Shown here: piece by piece, positions 1-6,661 of the stretch | Position numbering within the stretch: position 1 is the stretch's first letter | Layout of the letters: the number at the start of each line of letters is the position of its first letter | Virus record (IMG/VR): IMGVR_UViG_2579778968_000008 | Direction: 5' to 3' (one strand) | DNA: 10,900 bases | Source of the DNA: a virus | Lineage: Duplodnaviria > Heunggongvirae > Uroviricota > Caudoviricetes | Position numbers and translations under genes: made by a program | The notes under the pieces: model-generated | Databases searched by the model: none | Told to the model about the DNA's origin: nothing | Seen by the model: the letters and a program-made list of their open reading frames with translations, nothing else

Positions 1-1320
1 ATGAGGTTTGGGTACATTGCTTTGGGTACACCCCCTATTCAAAGTTTGGATATTCGCAAAATGCCAAAACTAACAGACATGCAGATCCGCGCATGGATTA
101 AGAGCGGAGAGCGATTCGAGGGGCGGGCAGACGGTAACGGTTTATACCTACGTTACCGTGAAGCCGACAAAACCCCCACATGGAGATTCCGCTATAAACT
201 CGCAGGGAAGTCCCGCGCCATGCTAATTGGTTCGTATAGCGAGCTATCACTATCAAAGGCCAGAGAGACAGCCAAAGAGCTATCGGCTCGCGTTGCGCTG
301 GGCTATGACGTTGCAGGAGAGAAGCAGAAGCGCAAAACCGAAGCACTGGCGAAGATGGAAGCAGAGAAGAACGCTATGCGCGTTTCAGAGCTTGCCGCTG
401 AATACTTTGAGCGTCAGATACTTCCGAGATGGAAACATCCCGATATCCTTCGCCGGAGAATTGATAAGGATATTAACCCCTGCATTGGGCATATGAAGGT
501 AGAGGACGTTAAGCCACGCCACATTGACGACATGTTGAAAGGTATCGTTGACCGAGGAGCACCAACGATAGCAACAGATGTATTACGCTGGACACGCCGT
601 ATCTTTGACTACGGGATAAAACGCCACGCTCTGGAGATAAACCCTTGTTCAGCGTTTGAAGTATCTGATGCTGGTGGTAAAGAGGTTTCCCGCGACCGTT
701 GGCTAACTCGCGATGAGCTTATCAGGCTATTCGAGGCTATGCGCACCGCAAAAGGATTCAGCCGCCAGAACGAACTGACATTTAAGCTATTGCTGGCACT
801 ATGCGTTCGTAAGATGGAGTTATGCGCCGCACGATGGGAAGAGTTTGATTTAGATGGTGCGGTATGGCATTTGCCGGAAGAACGCAGCAAAAACGGAGAC
901 CCTATTGATATACCTCTACCTTCTCCAGCCGTTGAATGGTTGAGAGAACTACACACCTTTTCATGTAATAGCGCATGGGTGCTTCCAGCCAGGAAGATGC
1001 AAAACAGAATGATCCCACATATTCAGGAAAGCACTTTGCCCGTAGCACTGGCTAAGGTTCGCGCCGAAATGCCGGATGTGCCTAATTTCACGATTCACGA
1101 CTTCCGACGCACCGCACGTACTCATTTAGCAGCGTTGGGTGTTGATCCTGTCGTGGCGGAACGATGCCTCAATCATCGCATTAAGGGCGTAGAGGGGATT
1201 TATAACCGCCATCAGTATTTTGATGAGCGTAAAGCAGCACTGGCACAGTGGGCTGATCTGCTGGTGGCACTGGAAAGCGGAAAAGACTACAACGTAACGC
1301 CTCTCAGAAGGGCGAACTAA
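1..1320 (+). CDS. int: P4-family tyrosine integrase (site-specific recombinase)
   Basis: 439-codon ORF. N-terminal segment MPKLTDMQIRAWIK...GNGLYLRYR resembles the arm-binding domain of P4-like integrases; C-terminal HDFRRT (His-x-x-Arg box) and GIYNRHQY (candidate catalytic Tyr). The true start is probably the ATG at 61 (MPKLTD...); the first 20 codons may be in-frame read-in from the flank. Integrases of this family sit next to a tRNA/tmRNA att site, which would lie upstream of the window. Confidence 0.9.
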   Translation: MRFGYIALGTPPIQSLDIRKMPKLTDMQIRAWIKSGERFEGRADGNGLYLRYREADKTPTWRFRYKLAGKSRAMLIGSYSELSLSKARETAKELSARVALGYDVAGEKQKRKTEALAKMEAEKNAMRVSELAAEYFERQILPRWKHPDILRRRIDKDINPCIGHMKVEDVKPRHIDDMLKGIVDRGAPTIATDVLRWTRRIFDYGIKRHALEINPCSAFEVSDAGGKEVSRDRWLTRDELIRLFEAMRTAKGFSRQNELTFKLLLALCVRKMELCAARWEEFDLDGAVWHLPEERSKNGDPIDIPLPSPAVEWLRELHTFSCNSAWVLPARKMQNRMIPHIQESTLPVALAKVRAEMPDVPNFTIHDFRRTARTHLAALGVDPVVAERCLNHRIKGVEGIYNRHQYFDERKAALAQWADLLVALESGKDYNVTPLRRAN

Positions 1321-1414
1321 CTGAATAGATTGAGCCTAGCCCGACGGGGCGAAAAGCGGAAAGCCTTACCGCCTGGCTCAATTCTTTTTAAGGCAAAGCG
1401 TAGAAGGTGACGCA

Positions 1415-2296
1415 ATGAGTAAGTTATTTAAGCTCAAAGAATGGCTGACGTTATCGGAAGCCTCAGAGAGGCTATCAGTATTCTTAGGTGAAAAGGTTTC
1501 TGTTGCTGATTGTTTGCAGCTGGCATTGGATAAGCACATAACCATTTCAGCAATTTTTAACGAGAGCCAGCACGCTATCCATGCGAAGGTAATCACAACG
1601 ACCCAACGTAAGCAGTTTTCTAAATTCATTATCCGGACAACAGAGGATGGGGCCTATATTGGCCTTATAGGGGAAGATCGCTTTGTCTCAAACAGTGAAT
1701 TAGATTTTGAGTATGAAGATATTGAAAGGTACGGTGATGTTTTCACGTTGCGTCATGGGATCTATGACCTGCCTATGCTGGGGGCCGAAGAATTGGATGT
1801 CATGCATCAGCTTGATTTGAACGCTGGAAGAGCGCCTCGGGAATTCTGCAATATGGAGGGGCCATTTTTGATAACTCCATATGGCTTGGTGAATATCTTA
1901 AACCAGTTCAATCCTTGGATGTTAAAGACGAATGATAGCGGCTCACCAGAGTATTACGATAAGGTAAAAAACGAGTTCGTAGATTTGAGCCATGAAGGCT
2001 ACCGCGGGTTTCTTTATCCGGCCGATGCTTTGGGCGATTTTGAGCTTGTATTCAGAAGAGAAAACATCGAAAAGTTTGAGCAAGAAAATTCTGGTGATGG
2101 CCAACAATCGCTAAAACTTGATGAGAGCCTGCATGTAATAGGTGCTCTGCTTAACGCCTTAAAAAAAGCTGAACCAGCATCTAAGCGATGGACGCAAGAG
2201 GCGCTAAAGGCGGAGATGATAGATCACGGGGTTAACCTAAGCCCTCGACATCTCGATAAATATTTCTCGGCAGCGAATAAATCTTTTAAATCATAG
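1415..2296 (+). CDS. hypothetical protein, 293 aa, AT-richer cargo gene between int and alpA
   Basis: Uninterrupted ORF with a Shine-Dalgarno-like AAGGTGA just upstream of the ATG; visibly AT-richer than the backbone genes; no motif I recognise (no Walker A, HExxH or nuclease signature). Confidence 0.6.
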   Translation: MSKLFKLKEWLTLSEASERLSVFLGEKVSVADCLQLALDKHITISAIFNESQHAIHAKVITTTQRKQFSKFIIRTTEDGAYIGLIGEDRFVSNSELDFEYEDIERYGDVFTLRHGIYDLPMLGAEELDVMHQLDLNAGRAPREFCNMEGPFLITPYGLVNILNQFNPWMLKTNDSGSPEYYDKVKNEFVDLSHEGYRGFLYPADALGDFELVFRRENIEKFEQENSGDGQQSLKLDESLHVIGALLNALKKAEPASKRWTQEALKAEMIDHGVNLSPRHLDKYFSAANKSFKS

Positions 2297-2405
2297 AGAT
2301 AATTTCGCACCGAAAACCCATTTTTCGCTGCGATGACTTAATCCCCCTCCTGAAGCATGCTTCTTGTAACGACGCAACAGCGTCTACAAAGGAGTTACGA
2401 GAAGC

Positions 2406-2609
2406 ATGGCTACAGACAACATCCCCAACACAGGTTACATCCGCCGCTTTCGCCTGGCTGAATTGCTGGGCGTTAGTGTATCCACCATCGACCGTAAAGT
2501 AAGAAACGGTTCACTACCACGTCCGGTAAAGCTGGGCGAGAAGATTACCGCCTTTGATGCGGTAGAGATTAACAACTGGCTGGCAGAACGTCGGGGAAAG
2601 GTGGCTTGA
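2406..2609 (+). CDS. alpA: AlpA-family phage transcriptional regulator (helix-turn-helix)
   Basis: 67 aa; RLAELLGVSVSTIDRKVRNGSLPRPVKLGEKITAFDAVEINNWLAER matches the AlpA/Vis fold pattern (HTH followed by the PxPVKLG...W motif); AAAGGAG RBS about 10 nt upstream; its stop overlaps the next start (TGATG). Confidence 0.85.
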   Translation: MATDNIPNTGYIRRFRLAELLGVSVSTIDRKVRNGSLPRPVKLGEKITAFDAVEINNWLAERRGKVA

Positions 2610-3040
2610 TGAAAAAGAAAAACCGCCCATTACAGGCGGCTAACTCAGATATTCGCACGTCTGATATTACGCCGACCACCAGCCCGGTACAAGTACCTAG
2701 GCGTACCCCAAAGAAACACCGCGCCCGCGTCTATATGCTGCGTACTGGTATAGAGGGATGGACAGAAAACGACATTCTGCGATATTGCCGCCTTTCATCT
2801 GGAAGGAACTACGCCAGCGAGTTAGAGCGCAGGCTTGATATTCAGCTTGAGCGTATAGACGAAAAGAACCCCGACGGGATAGGGTCACATTTACGCTATC
2901 GCTTTACCGGGCGCGGTGACGTTCTAAAAGTTATTCGGCTTGTGAACCATAACGCCGACGCTGGCGGCTATCAGGGACTTTCTCAGCAGGAAATTGCCGA
3001 CATTCTGAAACTCTACCCGGACGCGTTTAACGCCGCCTAA
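2609..3040 (+). CDS. hypothetical protein (about 143 aa), translationally coupled to alpA
   Basis: ATG at 2609 overlaps the alpA stop codon; basic N-terminus (RRTPKKHRAR); no recognisable catalytic motif. Confidence 0.55.
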   Translation: MKKKNRPLQAANSDIRTSDITPTTSPVQVPRRTPKKHRARVYMLRTGIEGWTENDILRYCRLSSGRNYASELERRLDIQLERIDEKNPDGIGSHLRYRFTGRGDVLKVIRLVNHNADAGGYQGLSQQEIADILKLYPDAFNAA

Positions 3041-3052
3041 CGGAGACTGAAA

Positions 3053-3886
3053 ATGAACATCGAAAAAAGCAGATTAATTTCTGAGGCCGCCCCTCATCTG
3101 AACGCCTATCAGGGCACAATTAACGGTAATGAATTTGCCGCAATTGTCCCGGTTATTCCTGGTCATATCGGTGGGCGTGAAACCAATATTGTTAGCGCAA
3201 AAGCGTTACACAAAGCGTTGGGCGTGGGAAAAGACTTCTCTACATGGATCACTGATCGCATCTCTGAATATGACTTCACCATTGGGCACGATTACTCAGT
3301 CCATAAAACTATTTCCCCAAATCTGGGGAAAAGCCCGAATGGCGCGGCTTACAGCAAGATTAAGCAGTCTGGCAGACCCGGCAAAGACTATCTGTTAAGT
3401 GTCGGAATGGCGAAAGAACTGGCGATGGTCGAACGCACCAAACAGGGCCGCGCTATCCGCCGTTATTTCATCCAGTGCGAGGAAGAATTACAGCGTAGCG
3501 TGCCTGAAATCGCCGCCCGCTATCGTCGCCAGCTAAAAGCCCGTATCAGTGCCGCAAACAACTTTAAGCCAATGTGCGATGCGCTGAATATGGCCCGTGC
3601 CGAGCTGGGTAAAACGACGCAGCAGCGCCACTACAGCAACGAGAGCAACATGATCGCCCGTATCGTGCTGGGTGGCATGACGGCGAAGCAGTGGGCGCAG
3701 GCAAATGGCATTACTGGCGAACCTCGCGACCATATGAACGCAGCACAGCTTGAACACCTCTCCTATCTGGAAAGCACCAATATCACGCTAATTGATATGG
3801 GCATGGAATATGAGCAGCGCAAAGGAGAACTCACCCGCCTGTCGCAACGCTGGCTCACTAAACGTCTGGAGGTAAACCATGCGTAA
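3053..3886 (+). CDS. phage antirepressor-like protein (AntA/AntB-type N-terminal domain)
   Basis: 277 aa; N-terminal segment SAKALHKALGVGKDFSTWITDRISEYDFTIGHDYSV resembles the AntA/AntB antirepressor domain signature (ARELHEFL...F..WI..RI.EY.F..G.DF); GGAGA RBS upstream. Confidence 0.7.
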   Translation: MNIEKSRLISEAAPHLNAYQGTINGNEFAAIVPVIPGHIGGRETNIVSAKALHKALGVGKDFSTWITDRISEYDFTIGHDYSVHKTISPNLGKSPNGAAYSKIKQSGRPGKDYLLSVGMAKELAMVERTKQGRAIRRYFIQCEEELQRSVPEIAARYRRQLKARISAANNFKPMCDALNMARAELGKTTQQRHYSNESNMIARIVLGGMTAKQWAQANGITGEPRDHMNAAQLEHLSYLESTNITLIDMGMEYEQRKGELTRLSQRWLTKRLEVNHA

Positions 3887-4061
3887 CCATAATCCGATGC
3901 CGGGAAGCCGTTACAAGGATTCGCACGGGGCTGTAGTGACCGTACAGCGCGTCGAGCATAACCGAGTGACCTTTTACCGCGAGGGCTATCAGTCGCCATG
4001 TGTTCAGCCTTTGGAGAGATTCGTTAATGAGTTCGTGGAGGTGCGCCGTGATACTGAATGA
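3879..4061 (+). CDS. small protein, 60 aa, possibly DUF4222-like
   Basis: Start overlaps the antirepressor stop (ATGCGTAA); motif RYKDSHGAVVTVQRVEHNRVTFYREGYQSPCVQPLERF is reminiscent of small DUF4222-type proteins found in enterobacterial prophage islands. Confidence 0.5.
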   Translation: MRNHNPMPGSRYKDSHGAVVTVQRVEHNRVTFYREGYQSPCVQPLERFVNEFVEVRRDTE

Positions 4062-4540
4062 ACCTGCCGCCCAGAAAGAAGCCTTTAATCTGGCTAACCT
4101 GTTAACAAATGTTAACCCTTACAACCTTATAAAACCAAAGGTCGCGAACGGCTGTCTGTTATCAATTGTTATGGTTAATGACTTAGCAAAACTTAGCCTG
4201 AACCTCACAAAACCTGACATCCACGCACGGGGAATGACGACAAATGATGACATTTTAAACCAAGAAATAATCACCTCTAAAAAGCTGATTGTGGGGAATA
4301 AATTCCCCCTGCTGGCTGGTGGTATGAACTGGATTGCTACCGTTGTGAACCGTTCCACATCGACTTTCGCGACAAATACGCGTGCGCTGGAAGATTTATT
4401 AGGGGTCGTTACGCGAGAAGGTGAGTATTCGGAGTCCATAAAAAAGGGCTTGCCGACTATCGCCAACACGGTTTATGGTTATAGCGCACCAGCAAAATCT
4501 GGCGCCGGGCGTGGAAACCCGAACACACTAAGGGCGACAC

Positions 4541-4563
4541 AGACGCCGAAAGCGTCTTTTTTT
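4541..4563 (+). terminator. candidate intrinsic terminator or attenuator hairpin (6-bp stem AGACGC/GCGTCT, loop CGAAA, then a run of 7 T)
   Basis: Perfect inverted repeat immediately followed by TTTTTTT on the + strand; lies inside the 314-codon open frame listed in the ORF track. Confidence 0.4.
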
Positions 4564-4730
4564 GTGTCCGATCACTACGCACATCAAATCAGCGGCCTCG
4601 TCCGTACTGTATCTATGGTGGCGTTAGTGGGGCTACGTTCGCGTAGGCCGGTTTCCTTTGTGTCCGGTATTTCCACCCCTGCTAACGTCACCGCCATTTC
4701 AGAGCGTGGAAACTCAGGCGGTGACTCCTT
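4564..4730 (+). ncRNA. candidate structured leader / C4-CI-like antisense immunity RNA with an anti-Shine-Dalgarno loop
   Basis: Three hairpins in 170 nt: 4631-4649 (stem GGCTACG/CGTAGGCC with a UUCG tetraloop); 4648-4667 (CCGG stem whose loop contains TCCTTTGTGT); 4687-4725 (perfect 9-bp stem GTCACCGCC/GGCGGTGAC). The loop TCCTTTGTGT (4654-4663) is a perfect 10-nt reverse complement of ACACAAAGGA (4733-4742), which overlaps the AAGGAGG Shine-Dalgarno of the downstream Icd-like gene. A second partial copy TTTGTGTCC sits at 4561-4569. Confidence 0.35.
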
Positions 4731-4752
4731 AAACACAAAGGAGGCTGCCATA

Positions 4753-4944
4753 ATGGCTACTACCCCTACCCAAAAACCATCATTTATCTGGTTAATCGCA
4801 GCAGTTCGCCGCGATATGCCGACAATTACCGCCAAAATTCACCATATCGCCGCAGAGACTGAGCAGGAAGCCCGCCGCATTCTGGCGCGGGATCACGTTT
4901 GCTTTTTTGCCGGACGTATTCGCACAGGGGGCGCACATGCTTAA
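4753..4944 (+). CDS. Icd-like small protein (host cell division inhibitor Icd-like family)
   Basis: 63 aa starting at ATG 4753, with a strong AAGGAGG RBS 8 nt upstream; MATTPTQKPSFIWLIAAVRRD...ETEQEARRILARDHVCFFAGRIR fits the pattern I recall for Icd-like proteins (F.W...A..R...TE.EARR.LA.D...FA.R). In frame with, and the C-terminal part of, the 314-codon ORF in the track. Confidence 0.55.
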   Translation: MATTPTQKPSFIWLIAAVRRDMPTITAKIHHIAAETEQEARRILARDHVCFFAGRIRTGGAHA

Positions 4945-5116
4945 TTACTTCCGTGTTGCAGGATGCGCCACCGCCCGGAGCGGCGAATTAGTCGAGTTCG
5001 TTTATATCGTTGACGCCCGCAGCGCGATCAGCGCCAAAGCTGAGGCGCTAAATCAGGCCAGAAATGAACGCCTTTCCCACATCCAGATTACCCGCGTTCG
5101 TGAGGTGGCGGCATGA
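4937..5116 (+). CDS. hypothetical small protein (about 59 aa)
   Basis: ATG at 4937 overlaps the Icd-like stop (ATGCTTAA); its stop overlaps the next start (ATGA at 5113); first member of a coupled gene chain. Confidence 0.45.
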   Translation: MLNYFRVAGCATARSGELVEFVYIVDARSAISAKAEALNQARNERLSHIQITRVREVAA

Positions 5117-5427
5117 GCATGTATGACGATTTAGTGTCCTGCAAATTTGATGGTTGTACACCTGATGATCTGAACGGAATTGAGAGCTGCGCCAGTGATG
5201 CCGTGGATGATTTAATGCTGGGCGTAAGTGCCATTGGTAGCCTCATGTTCTGGGCGGCTGGTAGCGATGGCTACCCGGAGGAAAGCGCTAAGGCTGATAT
5301 GTACAGATTAGGCGCAATGCTGGGACATATCGGAGAAGTTGCGCGGGCGCTGAACGATAGCGCTGCAAACGCCGCATTCTTGCGCTCAATCAGTGAAAAA
5401 GAAGCCAAAGGGAGGGCGGGCAAATGA
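5113..5427 (+). CDS. hypothetical protein, 104 aa
   Basis: ATGA start/stop overlap on both sides; GC-rich backbone composition. Confidence 0.6.
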   Translation: MSMYDDLVSCKFDGCTPDDLNGIESCASDAVDDLMLGVSAIGSLMFWAAGSDGYPEESAKADMYRLGAMLGHIGEVARALNDSAANAAFLRSISEKEAKGRAGK

Positions 5428-5687
5428 ACATAACTACCATCTATCGCCACCCGGCAGAGCTGGAAGCCGAAGCGATGTTATCCCGCGAGCAGGCTTACCC
5501 GGATGATTTTACGCTGGCAGACCGAACGGCAGAACGCATGACCCGCGCCCGCAATGGGCTGGCTCACGTTATGACCGAATTAGCCCCGCACATGGACGCA
5601 GAGCAAACAGCAGCCGTCCAGTGCTGGCTGATGAAGGTTTTGGCTATTGTCGATGCCACCCTGATTGATGCGGAGGGCAGCGCATGA
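5424..5687 (+). CDS. hypothetical protein, 87 aa
   Basis: ATGA overlaps with neighbours on both sides; backbone composition. Confidence 0.6.
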   Translation: MNITTIYRHPAELEAEAMLSREQAYPDDFTLADRTAERMTRARNGLAHVMTELAPHMDAEQTAAVQCWLMKVLAIVDATLIDAEGSA

Positions 5688-6310
5688 GCAACGCACCGAC
5701 CATTAAATCGGGAAGTGCCGACTTATTACACGCCGAAGCCACACCGCACGGCGTCAATATCATGACCCGCAATGATGCCGGGGGATATGAGCAGGTTGCT
5801 CTTATCAGCTACGAGAGCGCCGTGAACGGCCTTGACGCCGGAGAGTACGACGATAAGCCAGATATCGGATACGCCATTCATTTTGCCGTTGCTGATGGCG
5901 GGGCGCGTGGCTGGTTCGACTTCACCGCGCAGCATAACGTCACTATGTGGCGCTGGCTGATTGCTGCGACGTTCATTTCTGAGATGAAGCGCGAAAACGG
6001 CACAACCACGGTAACTGAGTCTGACGGCACTTCATCGCAGGTGGCGATTTACTCCAATGGCACGGCGGGGATTGTGGTTTACCCGTTCGCGGAACGTCTG
6101 GCGATGGCTAACAACATGGAGGGCGCAATGGTTGAGCGCTACGGCATTGAGCAGGGAACAGCGAACGCCATTGTTTTTTATCAGGCCATGATCGACACGG
6201 AGCGCGGCGAGTTGACCCCGTTCGGGCGTGAAACGCTTGCTGAACTTCACAACAGCTTTATAGCTGAACTGGATGAAAACGGCTGGCCTGAAATGCCGCT
6301 GGCGCACTGA
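5684..6310 (+). CDS. hypothetical protein, 208 aa
   Basis: ATGA overlap with the upstream gene; long ORF with backbone composition; no recognised motif. Confidence 0.65.
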   Translation: MSNAPTIKSGSADLLHAEATPHGVNIMTRNDAGGYEQVALISYESAVNGLDAGEYDDKPDIGYAIHFAVADGGARGWFDFTAQHNVTMWRWLIAATFISEMKRENGTTTVTESDGTSSQVAIYSNGTAGIVVYPFAERLAMANNMEGAMVERYGIEQGTANAIVFYQAMIDTERGELTPFGRETLAELHNSFIAELDENGWPEMPLAH

Positions 6311-6319
6311 GGGGGCGAC

Positions 6320-6661
6320 ATGATTACTAAAAATTTCCGACTTAATGCGCTGGCGAATAAGTATGCGTCGGCACTGTATAACCACATTACGGCTATCAAT
6401 GGTGGCAATTACTTCATGGTTGACGCGGCAGGCCAGCAAATCCGTGTGGAAATCGTCAATGGAGTAAAAGGCGTTCGCAGCCTGATCGATAGCTACACAC
6501 TGGCAGCCATGAAAGTGTCCTACCCGCAGTGGGAAACCGTGGGGATCGAGATTCTTGATCGTTGCGTCACTAATGACGGATTGACTGACGTAGGGCGTGA
6601 GATATGGCAAAGCATGGTTAAAGACATGGGCGCGACCGTGGCAGGGGGCAACCATGCGTAA
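6320..6661 (+). CDS. hypothetical protein, 113 aa
   Basis: GAGGGGG RBS 5-6 nt upstream of the ATG; stop overlaps the primase start (ATGCGTAA). Confidence 0.6.
   Translation: MITKNFRLNALANKYASALYNHITAINGGNYFMVDAAGQQIRVEIVNGVKGVRSLIDSYTLAAMKVSYPQWETVGIEILDRCVTNDGLTDVGREIWQSMVKDMGATVAGGNHA

Noticed and set aside
98-956. Minus-strand ORFs 98-346 and 609-956 and + strand alternate-frame ORF 227-496 inside the integrase gene
   Set aside because: They are embedded in a confidently identified integrase reading frame; typical shadow ORFs.
3129-3757. Alternate-frame and antisense ORFs inside the antirepressor gene (3129-3398 on +, 3533-3757 on -)
   Set aside because: They are nested in the AntA-like reading frame, which has a recognisable domain signature and an RBS; the others have neither.
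4000-4752. N-terminal 250 codons of the 314-aa + strand ORF as protein-coding sequence
   Set aside because: They contain a terminator-like hairpin with a T7 run, a UUCG-tetraloop hairpin, a perfect 9-bp stem and an anti-SD loop, and are followed by an internal strong RBS and ATG for a self-contained Icd-like module. I treat the region as leader or ncRNA, but the rejection is provisional because the frame is unusually long and open (see findings).
4119-4835. Minus-strand ORFs 4119-4469 and 4584-4835 as a possible divergent repressor gene
   Set aside because: No RBS or promoter context and no HTH-like motif in the translations; they are antisense to the structured leader region. Not excluded absolutely, but unsupported.
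6597-6653. Primase start at 6597 (MRYGKAWLKTW...) as given in the ORF track
   Set aside because: It would overlap the upstream gene by about 65 bp; the ATG at 6654 overlaps the upstream stop in the same ATGCGTAA coupling arrangement seen at 3879 and starts at a plausible primase N-terminus.
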